Source of the DNA: a virus
Strand: one strand, 5' to 3'
Length of the DNA stretch: 64,000 bases
IMG/VR virus record: IMGVR_UViG_3300042384_001374
Location: 12,100-76,099 of that record
In this document: piece by piece, positions 10,220-20,195 of the stretch
Layout of the letters: every line of letters starts with the position of its first letter
Position numbering within the stretch: the first letter of the stretch is position 1
Notes under the pieces: generated by a model
What the model was told of the DNA's origin: nothing
What the model saw: only the letters and a program-made list of their open reading frames with translations
Database searches by the model: none
Position numbers and translations under genes: made by a program

Positions 10220-10558
10220 GCGGCTGTAATGGTTTCGACGTAACTGGAAGACATCAAATAGCATGCAGGGGTTGATCGACTGGCCCCTTTAACAAGTCGA
10301 TCACAGACCAACTGGCAAATTGGAACTCGCGGCCTAAGCCGCAAAACGGTTGGTGAAGCGCCCGCTCCGCACCAACTACAAACCGGGCAACCAAACGCAA
10401 CTCAGCGGCGTAAAGACTGAGTGGTGGAGGATGAAAGGAGCTGCACCACAGCGCCAATCGTCCCTCGGACTGGCCCACCGTGAAGGGCCAACCCATAAGC
10501 ATGTTTGAAGTTTGATAAAAAACAGTTGCGGACGCGGGTTCGACTCCCGCCAGCTGCA
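10220..10558 (+). ncRNA. ssrA: tmRNA
   Basis: 5' GCGGCTGTAATGGTTTCGAC; 3' GGACGCGGGTTCGACTCCCGCCAGCTGCA; 7-bp acceptor stem with G3-U70; GCATG/AGCATGT helix; tag frame GKLELAA* at 10314-10337. Confidence 0.92.
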
Positions 10559-11058
10559 TTATCTTGGGTTGCGCCATATACGCACGATTCACCGACGTAA
10601 TCGGTGACCCCATATCCATCCATCGACGTGGGCGCGCAAAGTCGCGTTGTTTGAAGTAAAAGGCGAAATGCTGCCAGCTTCATTAAAACTACCTTGGCAC
10701 ACAAGCTAGCTACTTGTCACAGCATGTGGAAAATTGCGATGAAGTGTGAGCGACCTGCGGTGGATGGACATGGGGTTAAAGTTTGAAATGTAGCTTTCTC
10801 CCCACGGGACTTAATGACAACTCGCCCGATACCATGTGTTCCTTTGTCCGCTTCGCCCTCGTAAGGGGCCATTCAATAATCTGCGTCTGAAAACTGGACA
10901 GGAGCCGAAGGACCAAGGAGCACCTTGATAATCCTTCCCTGCCTGGTTCATAACGACGATCATGACAGGCCACCATTTTCTCAATGCCATGCTGCCCTTG
11001 GAACGGAATGCGTATCCTAGGAACGTCGCGTCCCTCTCGGGGCGGTGTGGCACCTCAT

Positions 11059-11148
11059 GAAGCAGCTAGTGTATGTGACGTTCCGACAAGACAGTGACAC
11101 GCCCTCAGTAGGAAGGAATGCGTCGGTGCAATTCCGGCCTGCTTCACC
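11059..11148 (+). ncRNA. tRNA-like RNA (non-canonical)
   Basis: Acceptor GAAGCAG/CTGCTTC-ACC, T-arm GTCGG-TGCAATT-CCGGC, no canonical anticodon arm. Confidence 0.5.
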
Positions 11149-11179
11149 TTTCTTTTTAGCCACAACTAAAATTCACACC

Positions 11180-11371
11180 ATGAGCCAACTCATCGAAGGT
11201 CATTCGTTTCTGACACACCGACCCAAAGCCACTTGCCGCGTGCTGTGGCGCGTCGCAAACAAGTTTGGAACAAGATACCGCTGGGATAAACAAACCTGCC
11301 TTCACGCCACACAAGCGGACGCGTATAAAGCCGTTGGCCTAGATCCAAACCAAGCTCCAAAAAAACCATGA
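11180..11371 (+). CDS. hypothetical protein
   Basis: ATG just after a palindrome; ATGA overlap with next gene. Confidence 0.55.
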   Translation: MSQLIEGHSFLTHRPKATCRVLWRVANKFGTRYRWDKQTCLHATQADAYKAVGLDPNQAPKKP

Positions 11372-11670
11372 CACCTGAAAAACAACGTGTAGCCATCGCG
11401 GAAGCGTGTGGGTGGAAGTGGGAAAGGCTTTGGACAGGAGAATTACATGGAAAACCTGTCGGAGAACAAGGGCCATTCCGTGAATTGCCCGACTACCTAA
11501 ACGACCTGAACGCGATGCACGAAGCGGAAGAATCACTGCATGGAAATCAATATGTGGAATACACAAATTTGCTTATTGAAATCGAAGGCAGCTTATTTGG
11601 AATCAGGGCAACTGCCGCAGAACGCGCCGAAGCTTTTTTAAAAACTCTCAATCTCTGGATTAAATCATGA
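11368..11670 (+). CDS. conserved phage hypothetical protein
   Basis: AIAEACGW...PDYLNDLNAMHEAE...ATAAERAEAFL pattern seen in phage small proteins. Confidence 0.7.
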   Translation: MTPEKQRVAIAEACGWKWERLWTGELHGKPVGEQGPFRELPDYLNDLNAMHEAEESLHGNQYVEYTNLLIEIEGSLFGIRATAAERAEAFLKTLNLWIKS

Positions 11671-12251
11671 AAACCATCAACACTCTCGGGGAAAACTTTG
11701 AGAAACGGCATCAATTTTTGCTGCAAATTGCCAAGTTAAACGAGGTGGCCATCTGCGGAGGCTGCGCTGCAGCCATTTCGAAAGACCGTCAGGATTACAT
11801 CCCAGCCGATCTCGATCTGGTTACCACCAAGGCCAACGCGCTGCGGTTTGTCGATGCGCTCAACCACTTCCTTTTGGACAAGCAGGTCCACTACCGAATC
11901 TATGCCAACTGCCACAACGACTTTGTGCCAACACCAGCGACAGCACACTTCCGCATCCAATGCCCGTTCTGGGTGCCGGTTTGCTTGTTTATCATCCCGC
12001 ACGACAAGTTCCGCTATTACCGCATCCAAGGCGGGCATCTACTCCAGTTGCCGCAAGACGTGAAACAAGCAGCGGACGCCCTCACCGAGCGGGACGAAAA
12101 GCCGCGCCTCGCCAACGAACTGGCCGAAAAATTTGAAAACAACACCGAACAAATGGATTTGAACGACGACTACCACGACGTGTTCTTCGATCAGGAACCT
12201 GTCGAGTCTAATCCTTTCAACGGCCCCCAATCTTACACCCAATCTTTATGA
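11667..12251 (+). CDS. putative nucleotidyltransferase-fold protein
   Basis: AICGGCAAA...PADLDLV resembles the Pol-beta superfamily GG..A...DxD motif. Confidence 0.55.
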   Translation: MKTINTLGENFEKRHQFLLQIAKLNEVAICGGCAAAISKDRQDYIPADLDLVTTKANALRFVDALNHFLLDKQVHYRIYANCHNDFVPTPATAHFRIQCPFWVPVCLFIIPHDKFRYYRIQGGHLLQLPQDVKQAADALTERDEKPRLANELAEKFENNTEQMDLNDDYHDVFFDQEPVESNPFNGPQSYTQSL

Positions 12252-12520
12252 ACCGCCAAGAAGCCGTCGAATTGCTCCCGCTCATCGAAGCGTTCATCGC
12301 CGGAGAGACGATCCAATATCTGCAACACGCTGAAAAAAATCAAGCCCTTAGCGTGTGGCGGGACATAGATGACGTGCTCTTCACGGACGTTCCGCAGAAC
12401 TACCGAGTCAAGCCCACGCCTAGAGAGTGGGACATGTGGATAACTCCCAAAGGGGAGCTGACCACTAACAGCGACATGCTAATGCGCGAGTCAGTGCGGG
12501 TCCGTGAAATTCTTGACTAA
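12248..12520 (+). CDS. hypothetical protein
   Basis: Coupled ORF (AFIAGETIQY...YRVKP). Confidence 0.7.
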   Translation: MNRQEAVELLPLIEAFIAGETIQYLQHAEKNQALSVWRDIDDVLFTDVPQNYRVKPTPREWDMWITPKGELTTNSDMLMRESVRVREILD

Positions 12521-12664
12521 ATCTCTCGTTGAACGCCGCGACGAGCCAACAACGCGCTAGGCCGTGCTGATCGCCTGCCTGTCCGTGAAGCCGGGCAGCC
12601 ACCCAACCCGAACCGGATACGCTTCCTGCTTGCAGCTCCGGGTTCATTTCCCATCATCCGTCCC

Positions 12665-12850
12665 ATGAGCGAACCATCCAAACCTGAGCCGGGCACTAAA
12701 GCGTCGCGACTCGCAGCCGCCAACGAACGCGTCATCTTCTGGAAAATCTGGGCAGAAGAAAGCATCGCGCCTGAATCCAAGGCCTATTTCAAATCACGTT
12801 TAAATCACTGGGAACGGACAGTGCAGCACATTGAAAACGAACCTGTTTAG
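12665..12850 (+). CDS. hypothetical protein
   Basis: ORF with TAG inside a palindrome. Confidence 0.5.
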   Translation: MSEPSKPEPGTKASRLAAANERVIFWKIWAEESIAPESKAYFKSRLNHWERTVQHIENEPV

Positions 12851-13032
12851 CCACAACTAAAATCCCATGAAAGTTACCATTGCCGTCATCATACTGCTTT
12901 TGATTGCCGGGCGTTGCACAAGAAGCGCACGCAAAAGCGCTCTTGACGCGTCTAAGCCCATGTATGGCACCAAGTGTCAGCCAGATGCTTCAAAGCCTTT
13001 CTGACCTGCCTACAGCATCCACAAATCCCGCT

Positions 13033-13052
13033 TAAGCGCGTTGCGCGTGGGA
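13033..13052 (+). promoter_or_regulatory. triloop hairpin element 3
   Basis: TAAGCGC-GTT-GCGC-GTGGGA. Confidence 0.6.
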
Positions 13053-13096
13053 AATAATCGTCTCCAGTCTCAAAACCAAGAAAGAACCACAAAATC

Positions 13097-14281
13097 ATGA
13101 CCTCAAACATCCCCATCCAAACCAAAAAAGCCATCTTCTGGAACTCGTCCATCATTGAGCCCGCCGCTTGGGAGCTTCATGGCGTTTCCAGCAAAGATAA
13201 CCCGGACACCGCCATTGGCAGATTCGGGACTGGTGCTTGTTACTACATTGCCGTGCTGCTGCGCACCGGTCACAAGGTTTCCATCAAGGCCGCTGAGCAA
13301 TGGTATCATTTCGGGTTGATTGACATGGAGTTTCGCGGCAAGGAATTCCAGCGCGTCACTTGCAATGGCAAGGAGTTGTCGTTCACCACCCACTACGGCG
13401 TCAACTGGACCGTAGATCAAGCATACCGCGAAGTTTACGCCAACTGCGCGGATGAAGGCGGCATTCACTTTGTCGGAGAGCCGATGGATGACGGCACTTC
13501 CATCATCATCGAAGGTGAAGGCGTCCTTGATTCGATGGGCCGACACGAAGAAATCTTTGTCGGCAACCGCGAGCCGTTGGCCGAAACCAAAATTGCCCGA
13601 ATCTACGAAGGCTCCGGCACCATCTACTTTCGCGGCGTCAAAGTGGGCGAGATTGAAAACGCGATGTTTTCTTACGAAATCCTCAACGATTTGGAGCTGA
13701 CCGAAGATCGCTCGATCAAACATCAATATCGGATTCCACAAGAAATCGGCAGAATGGTCTGCACCCAATTGAAAGACAAGAATTTGATTCGCCTCACTCT
13801 GGTTGCGAACGAATCCCGGTGGGAACACAAAATCGACTTTGACTGGACCACATGGAGTTCGGAATTCACCGAGGTTGCCACCGATTTGTGGAAAAACTCG
13901 CCGACCAAGCTGAACAAGCATGTTTTTAAAATGCTTCGAAAAAAAGTCAAAGACATCGGTTGGGAGGCCCGCGATATGGATGAGGACAAGGAAATCATGC
14001 TCGAAAAAGCCAAGGACTTCTTGAAACGCGCCGGATATGAAGTGACCGTCCCCATCAAGCTGGTGAGCAATGAAGACCAAAACAATATCGCGTTCTACTT
14101 CAACGACACCATCCACTTGACCGACAAGTCATTCGAGGAAGGCATGTTCCAATTGGTCCGCACGTTGATGGAAGAGAATTTTCATGCGTGGGGACACCTC
14201 GATTGCTGCCGCTCATTTGAAGATTTCCTTCAAAAAGAACTCATCAAGCAGGCGTCAAAACGTCTGCGTGACCCACTTTAA
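13097..14281 (+). CDS. GHKL-type ATPase with possible C-terminal zincin-like region
   Basis: GVSSK...AIGRFGTG lid motif, AYREVYANCADE; C-terminal TLMEENFH. Confidence 0.65.
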   Translation: MTSNIPIQTKKAIFWNSSIIEPAAWELHGVSSKDNPDTAIGRFGTGACYYIAVLLRTGHKVSIKAAEQWYHFGLIDMEFRGKEFQRVTCNGKELSFTTHYGVNWTVDQAYREVYANCADEGGIHFVGEPMDDGTSIIIEGEGVLDSMGRHEEIFVGNREPLAETKIARIYEGSGTIYFRGVKVGEIENAMFSYEILNDLELTEDRSIKHQYRIPQEIGRMVCTQLKDKNLIRLTLVANESRWEHKIDFDWTTWSSEFTEVATDLWKNSPTKLNKHVFKMLRKKVKDIGWEARDMDEDKEIMLEKAKDFLKRAGYEVTVPIKLVSNEDQNNIAFYFNDTIHLTDKSFEEGMFQLVRTLMEENFHAWGHLDCCRSFEDFLQKELIKQASKRLRDPL

Positions 14282-14299
14282 AAAAATACAGCTATCATC

Positions 14300-14704
14300 A
14301 TGACCGACATCAACACGTCACGCCCCAAAGGACTTCCAGAAGAATTTTCCAATCCACCACCAGCTCCAGAAGGAATGCGCTGGAAATATCGAGGAATTGG
14401 ATGGGAAGCACCTTCTGAAACAATCTCGGCCAATTACAAAGACGGAAATTGGCACATCGCTCGCGCGTTCGGAAGCATCCTCCATCATTATCTCGAAGCG
14501 ATTCCCATCAAGCCAAAACCACAAGTGTGGACGTTTGAAAGCAAAGGTTGGCAAGAAATCAACAACTTGCGCAAGCAAATCAAAGATTTGACCACAATGC
14601 ATTTTTACCAGCGCGATCAAATCAACGAGCTTGAAGCACGCTTGAACGAAGCACTTTGTTTGCTCAATTCCATTGCTGAAATCGCCGAACAACGCGAACT
14701 TTAG
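14300..14704 (+). CDS. hypothetical protein
   Basis: W.YRG.GW..HYLE module plus coiled coil. Confidence 0.65.
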   Translation: MTDINTSRPKGLPEEFSNPPPAPEGMRWKYRGIGWEAPSETISANYKDGNWHIARAFGSILHHYLEAIPIKPKPQVWTFESKGWQEINNLRKQIKDLTTMHFYQRDQINELEARLNEALCLLNSIAEIAEQREL

Positions 14705-14715
14705 CCGCGACTAAA

Positions 14716-14922
14716 ATGACTCTTGATTCAAATGGCAAACAAGTAAAAGCGGGCGACTTCATCACCAGTGCGTATGGCATCCCCCCTAAGGCCATCCGGG
14801 GCGAAGTGTTCCGCAAAAATGGAAGACTGCGCGTGCTGACGCCCGGTCACAATCCGGCGGAATGTTCGTTGGTAACTTTCAGGAAATGTCTCGGCGATTT
14901 CTGGAAAGAAGAAATAGGATAA
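14716..14922 (+). CDS. hypothetical protein (SH3/YopX-like start)
   Basis: DSNGKQVKAGD motif. Confidence 0.55.
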   Translation: MTLDSNGKQVKAGDFITSAYGIPPKAIRGEVFRKNGRLRVLTPGHNPAECSLVTFRKCLGDFWKEEIG

Positions 14923-15160
14923 AACCCTACCTTTGCCAAAATCCTTTGACAAAATCCGACAAAAACCATATAGCCGGGTGAACTACGAAGTTCACAGGGC
15001 AGCGCCCGCCGCAGCAAGTAGTCGGATCAGCGTCAAGATCCATCAAATCAAGTCCCCGTGCGAGAGTAAGAATGTTTTCCCCGAACATCGACTCCCACGG
15101 GGCTTCTTGCGTACATTCATCACCAGAAAACCGAACATGAACCTAATCTGTCAAAACACC

Positions 15161-15433
15161 ATGACCGGCATCAAAAACATCTCAACTTTCTACTTTGACA
15201 CAGGTGTCCGTCCTGAAAACCGATTGCACTTGCCGGACAAAGCTGTGTGGCGAGGCACCATGCAATTTCCATTCGAGTGCGAAAATGTCCCGCAAAACGC
15301 CACTTTGATGTTTCTTTGCGACAATCCAAAGTCTTTTGAATCTGAAGCAGATAACGTCATCGTACGTAAACTTTTGCCGGGTTCCGGAATGATTTCCAAA
15401 TACGCTTATTTCCGTCTTTCTTTGCAGCTATGA
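15161..15433 (+). CDS. hypothetical protein
   Basis: ORF; start uncertain. Confidence 0.5.
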   Translation: MTGIKNISTFYFDTGVRPENRLHLPDKAVWRGTMQFPFECENVPQNATLMFLCDNPKSFESEADNVIVRKLLPGSGMISKYAYFRLSLQL

Positions 15434-15633
15434 GCTTCAAGCTACAAATCCTTGCCAATCTGTGCCAATGTGGCTCTGGTGAGCCTTGGTGGCGTCTCTA
15501 CGACGCTTCCGCAATCTATGTAGCAAGAGTGTGCGACGTGTGTGAAGCAGCCGTAAAAAGCAAATACAGGCCCGAAATTTTCTCAGATCCGAACTACGAA
15601 ACCGATGAACCGAAAGAACCTGAAGAATTTTAG
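15430..15633 (+). CDS. small Zn-finger protein
   Basis: CQCGSG...CDVC. Confidence 0.6.
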   Translation: MSFKLQILANLCQCGSGEPWWRLYDASAIYVARVCDVCEAAVKSKYRPEIFSDPNYETDEPKEPEEF

Positions 15634-15669
15634 CCACGACTAAACCCCAACCTTAACCAAAACACCACC

Positions 15670-16077
15670 ATGGGATCAAGAGGAAACACCTACCTGACAC
15701 ATCGCAACGACAAGTCGCAAGCCATCACCGATCACATCGACCTTTACTGGCACTCTGACGGCCACAACAACGAAAATTACACCCGCATTGGCCTCAAGGC
15801 TTGCAAGCCACGCTGGAACGATCCTTCTTACGGCACCGCGATGTTTCTCGGCGCTTTGGATGCCGCTAAAAAATGGCCGTCCGGAATCAGCATCGGTTCG
15901 TTCGATGACAACGAGCATGATTTGTTCGAAGTGTGCTGGACCGATAGAAAAGTCCGCAAGTGGCCAAGGAATGCGCACGCTAAAAGCGATATTCTCAATG
16001 ATTTGTCAAAAGCCCTTGAATCTTGGACGTTTCAAGAATTTGTTGATTTTGTGGTTGCTTTACCCGATTTAGAGTAG
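15670..16077 (+). CDS. hypothetical protein
   Basis: MGSRGN...LYWHSDG phage motif. Confidence 0.7.
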   Translation: MGSRGNTYLTHRNDKSQAITDHIDLYWHSDGHNNENYTRIGLKACKPRWNDPSYGTAMFLGALDAAKKWPSGISIGSFDDNEHDLFEVCWTDRKVRKWPRNAHAKSDILNDLSKALESWTFQEFVDFVVALPDLE

Positions 16078-16502
16078 TAATTCCTTGCCCGTCGAGAGGT
16101 TGCCACTAATCGACAAAGGCTTTGGAGTTGTAGTTGAAAGACCGATTCCAGAAGAACCCGCCCGGTAATGGCAACCTCCCGGTGCGGGTTTTTCATTTTC
16201 CTTCGATCACACGGGTTCGCCGACAGTGTGAGGAGCAGGTAAAAAGTTCGCGACATCGTCCGGTAACGCGGGCTTCGTGGGCAAAGGGGGCAACCTCATG
16301 CTTGAAACAATCTTCAAAACAGGGTGGCGATTCACGCGTTCTTAGCCACCCGCAAGACAAAATGAAAGACGGGACACCTCAGGGGGCCTATACGGATGAC
16401 GACCGATTGAGAGAAGATTGGGAGGGAAGGGGTAAGAGCCAGACTTCTCCGCCAAGCGACCAAGTAATCCTAGGAGCCTTAAGGTGTCCCTAAGAACGCG
16501 CT

Positions 16503-16943
16503 TTGCCCAGTTTCCTTGAAAGCCTGCCGGATGACGACAAAAGAAAACACACCACCAACCCGACAACAGCACTAAACGCCACGCCCACCGTGAGACAGCA
16601 CTTCACAACTTCAGGCAAGCTGACTTTCGGAAAACACCGTGGGAAGTCGTACAAGGAAGTGTTGTTCAAAGATCCTTCGTGGATCAAGTGGGCCGGCCTC
16701 AACATCGACGGCTTCAAAGAAGCGGTGGCGGCACTTAACAAGCCGGTCAAGCCGAAGCCAAAGCCCAAGCGCCAAACTAAAGAACAAGCGGCCGCAACCG
16801 CCGCCTTCAATAAACTCACCCACAACGAACGCTTGGCCATGATAGCTGAGCGCGTTCGCGCTAGGGAATGGATGGACGAACCGCTCGTTCACGGTTTTCT
16901 TGATTCGTTCACAGCTTTTGACCCTAAAACCGCTCCTTATTAA
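16503..16943 (+). CDS. protein with DUF3820/ExoX C-terminal-like domain
   Basis: LTFGKHRGKSYKEV...DPSWIKW; start uncertain. Confidence 0.6.
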   Translation: MPSFLESLPDDDKRKHTTNPTTALNATPTVRQHFTTSGKLTFGKHRGKSYKEVLFKDPSWIKWAGLNIDGFKEAVAALNKPVKPKPKPKRQTKEQAAATAAFNKLTHNERLAMIAERVRAREWMDEPLVHGFLDSFTAFDPKTAPY

Positions 16944-16946
16944 ATC

Positions 16947-17183
16947 ATGCCATCCTTCTCTCTAGACTTTGAAGTTTACTGCGGCACTTGCGGCGCGGGA
17001 CTTTGCAATCAATCCAATACCCGAACATCGCGTCATCGAGGCGAGCCCCAAGTGACGGTGGAAGTGTGTCAAGACTGCGTACAAAAAGCACTTGCTCCGC
17101 TAGAAGACAAAATTGAGCTGCTTGAGTCGCAACTGGAAGACGCTCAAGAGCAAATCAGCCAACTCGAAGAACTCGTTTCTTGA
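16947..17183 (+). CDS. Zn-finger plus coiled-coil protein
   Basis: CGTCG...CQDC. Confidence 0.65.
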   Translation: MPSFSLDFEVYCGTCGAGLCNQSNTRTSRHRGEPQVTVEVCQDCVQKALAPLEDKIELLESQLEDAQEQISQLEELVS

Positions 17184-17200
17184 GCCCTCCGGGCGTGGGG
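17181..17200 (+). promoter_or_regulatory. triloop hairpin element 4
   Basis: TGAGCCC-TCC-GGGC-GTGGGG. Confidence 0.6.
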
Positions 17201-17228
17201 AATAAATGTTCACCATCAAACAAACAAC

Positions 17229-17456
17229 ATGACACTAGCCCAACTCATCGAAGCCTGCGGAGACGACGTGACTTTTCAAGTCCTTAACGCCTGTCTGCAC
17301 GGCAACCAAAAACTGACCAAACACGGCACCCAAATCACCTTTATTGCACCGGGCATCGAATTAGTAGATTTAGTGCGCAAAGAACCCGATCAAATGGGAT
17401 TTGTAGTGTGGTTGCCAGGATCTAAGGTCAGGGAAATTCAAAATTCGTTGGAATGA
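17229..17456 (+). CDS. hypothetical protein
   Basis: ORF after a hairpin element. Confidence 0.6.
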   Translation: MTLAQLIEACGDDVTFQVLNACLHGNQKLTKHGTQITFIAPGIELVDLVRKEPDQMGFVVWLPGSKVREIQNSLE

Positions 17457-17780
17457 TTGTGCTCGCCTTCTTTTTCTCAGGCATGGCCGTATTGCTCTTC
17501 CAGCAGGCCGTAGAAGCCTTCAAAAGAGTTTACTGCGACTGGACAGCCATCCTTACTTACAAGCCCGTCAAATGCCGCTACAAGCCCCACAAATCTTACT
17601 CCGTCATTTTCAAAGCATGAAGCTTTTCAAACTCCGGCTTCGTTTGAAGTCCGCCCGCAAAAAACTCGCCGAGCAAAAAGAAATAAATCGCAAGCTCTAC
17701 GAGCAACTTTCCGTTTCTACCGCCAAGAACAAAACTCTTTACGCCGACAACGTCACACTCAGATGGAACGCACGCAACCC

Positions 17781-18143
17781 ATGAATCCAATCAACTTGGC
17801 ACTTGTTTCAAATGGCTGGAAAATATGGCCCAATCCATTTGGTGAAAAACAAACGACTTTTTTGGCTAAAAGCTTTGAAGGTCACGCTAAATGTCGATGT
17901 AACGAAACAAAAAACAAACAAATTGAAATCTACCACCACCACCCGCAAACAATCAGCGGTCACCATCTCTACGCTACATGGAGCATTGAATGCAATGGAG
18001 AGCTTCCTGATGGTGAATGGCTAAGAATAAAAGTTGGTGGGCTTACAGATTTAAAAACCATTGAAGAAATGGTCGAAAGACTGCTTTTTATTTGGGATCA
18101 CGCTGTTTCCATCACCCCAAAAATCCCTAAACATGACCGATAA
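17781..18143 (+). CDS. hypothetical protein
   Basis: Coupled ORF. Confidence 0.6.
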   Translation: MNPINLALVSNGWKIWPNPFGEKQTTFLAKSFEGHAKCRCNETKNKQIEIYHHHPQTISGHHLYATWSIECNGELPDGEWLRIKVGGLTDLKTIEEMVERLLFIWDHAVSITPKIPKHDR

Positions 18144-18414
18144 CTCGCCTATCAACATCTCCAAACAGCCGGTGCCTGAAGGTTGGATTCTCATCGCAGG
18201 CAAAAACCTCACCAACATCGCTCGCCCCGCCAAAATTGCGTTCCGCATTGCAGAGTCATCACCCGCAAAATGCGGCCACCCAATTTCCGCAGGCATTATT
18301 ATCCAAACACAGGACAAAGAAGCGTGGGATGCGGCACAAGCCAAAAGCGAAGCCCGCAGAATCAGAGAGTCTGTTTATCCATCCCGCACCAAAAAAACCT
18401 CTAGCAAACCATGA
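18133..18414 (+). CDS. hypothetical protein
   Basis: Coupled ORF. Confidence 0.55.
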   Translation: MTDNSPINISKQPVPEGWILIAGKNLTNIARPAKIAFRIAESSPAKCGHPISAGIIIQTQDKEAWDAAQAKSEARRIRESVYPSRTKKTSSKP

Positions 18415-18887
18415 ACACGTCCGTCATCATCCCCGCCAAGATCCAAAACACCGCTCCGAAACCGACAAAATCCCAGCTTGCCGAAGCTTTGTTGGATCGC
18501 GCTTTCAAAGCACATGTAGCCAATGAAGCTGAAAAAGAACTCAAGCGTTCCGCATTGGAAGAAGAAGGATTCAAATTGGTCATTGAGGAGTTCAAAAAAG
18601 TCATTCCAAAATCGGAAAACATCAATTTTTACAACCAATGGAGACCCGGTTGCGAAGCAAGCGTGACTGTTTCCGTAACGTCGGCCAAAATCAAAGCCAT
18701 CCAAATCAAACTATCCAAGCTTCACGAATGCAGCTTCGACCGGGACGGAACCAAAAAGCGCATCACCGATGGCCTCAAAACCCCCAATCCGTTGCTTGGC
18801 AATGAAGACACGGCCAAAGCTCTGGACGCGCTCCTTGCCACTTTGATGGCTCCGCAAACACCCGCTTTGATTACCGTAGATGTATGA
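18411..18887 (+). CDS. hypothetical protein
   Basis: ATGA-coupled ORF. Confidence 0.65.
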   Translation: MNTSVIIPAKIQNTAPKPTKSQLAEALLDRAFKAHVANEAEKELKRSALEEEGFKLVIEEFKKVIPKSENINFYNQWRPGCEASVTVSVTSAKIKAIQIKLSKLHECSFDRDGTKKRITDGLKTPNPLLGNEDTAKALDALLATLMAPQTPALITVDV

Positions 18888-18904
18888 GCGCGTTGCGCTT
18901 GAAA
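18885..18904 (+). promoter_or_regulatory. triloop hairpin element 5
   Basis: TGAGCGC-GTT-GCGC-TTGAAA. Confidence 0.6.
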
Positions 18905-18914
18905 AAAATTTGTC

Positions 18915-19124
18915 ATGATTATCCAACCCAAACTCAACTTTGCCTTGCTCGGCACGGGATACGACAAGCAAAGGCTTGATAACACCCGCACCTACACCGC
19001 TCGACTAGCTATCAACCAGCCCGACTGGCAAAAAATGGGCAAGGTTTTCGTTTCGTTCGACAACGATGACGAAGAGCCATCCATACTGCTTAAACGCAAC
19101 GACTACGACATCATCGAAGCTTAA
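18915..19124 (+). CDS. hypothetical protein
   Basis: ORF between a hairpin and a palindrome. Confidence 0.55.
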   Translation: MIIQPKLNFALLGTGYDKQRLDNTRTYTARLAINQPDWQKMGKVFVSFDNDDEEPSILLKRNDYDIIEA

Positions 19125-19189
19125 TTTTAGCCGTGGCTAAAAAACCGCTTTCAAAGCCTGCCTCATCCCGCCACGTTCCCAACTATTCC

Positions 19190-20041
19190 ATGACCGATCA
19201 ATTCAAAAAACAACTCCAAAGCTTTCCAAGTCCGTTTTTACGGGCAATGCAGAACAACGTTTACACCAAAGGTGATTCGCAGTTTAGCGTCACCCAGTTG
19301 ATCGGCCCTCCGCAGCGAACATGGCTGGCGACACTACACGAGAAGCAGGAGACGCCTTACAGCTCGTTCGCCGCCTTCCTCGGCACCGCAATGCACGCTG
19401 TCTTGGAAGCCAACGTAGACCCATCACAAGGCGAAATCGCGGAAGAGCGCATGTTCGCCACCATCTGTGGAGCCAAAGTGAGTGGCCAGCTCGACCATCT
19501 TGAGAAAAAAACGTTGTTCGATTATAAGACGACACGCGGAGCGCAAGACGCGATGAAGCCAGACCACCGAACACAGGTAAATGCGAACGGCTACCTTGCC
19601 ACCCTCAACGGACACGAAGTGGAGCATGTCGCCATCGTTTACATCCAAATGGATTGGTCCTACATGCAGAGTAGTTTAAACCCTCTGTATCCTCAAAGCC
19701 CTTACAAAATCTTTGTTGAAGACTACGACCAGCAAAGCGCTATTGATTTTTTCAACCGCGCCATCCCCGAACACCTCGCCGCGCTCGAAGGAAAGCCCCG
19801 CGAATGCACACGAGACGAAAAATGGCAAAAAGACGACAGCTACGCTCTGATGAAAACCGGAGCCAAGCGGGCATCCAAAGTTTGCTCTACACGCGCCGAA
19901 GCCGAATCTTTGATCAAGCCCGGCCAGTTCATTCAAGAACGTCCCGGCGAACGCACTTTTTGCTCTTCGTTCTGTGGATTCAATCAATGCCCTCAAAAAA
20001 AGCGTGAAGACGCGAAATCTGTAAAACCAGAAGAACCATAA
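19190..20041 (+). CDS. PD-(D/E)XK / Cas4-like exonuclease
   Basis: FSVTQL, GTAMH, E.R, GQLD...DYKT, C-terminal CSSFCGFNQC. Confidence 0.8.
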   Translation: MTDQFKKQLQSFPSPFLRAMQNNVYTKGDSQFSVTQLIGPPQRTWLATLHEKQETPYSSFAAFLGTAMHAVLEANVDPSQGEIAEERMFATICGAKVSGQLDHLEKKTLFDYKTTRGAQDAMKPDHRTQVNANGYLATLNGHEVEHVAIVYIQMDWSYMQSSLNPLYPQSPYKIFVEDYDQQSAIDFFNRAIPEHLAALEGKPRECTRDEKWQKDDSYALMKTGAKRASKVCSTRAEAESLIKPGQFIQERPGERTFCSSFCGFNQCPQKKREDAKSVKPEEP

Positions 20042-20195
20042 ACTCCGATACCTGCTTTTGTTTGATGTTTATCGTCTTAATCGGTGGTTGCTCGTTTACC
20101 GCACATTCATGGCACAATGTCCTCAAAGAAGAAAAACGAACCCAATCGGTCGAACGCCTCGAAATCCTCAAAACCACCGGAAAAATTCCTGAACG

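Noticed and set aside
13103-14116. Long antisense ORFs (also 1050-1910, 29746-30576, 44121-45176, 46500-47384, 57551-58417)
   Set aside because: Shadow frames of well-supported genes with no recognisable motifs, unlike the antisense HNH.
5083-15645. Amber stop-codon recoding suggested by many TAG ends
   Set aside because: These TAGs come from the palindrome; long genes are intact under the standard code and no suppressor tRNA is seen.
19190-20041. Cas4-like gene as part of a CRISPR system
   Set aside because: It sits near ERF and SSB, the usual phage recombination module.
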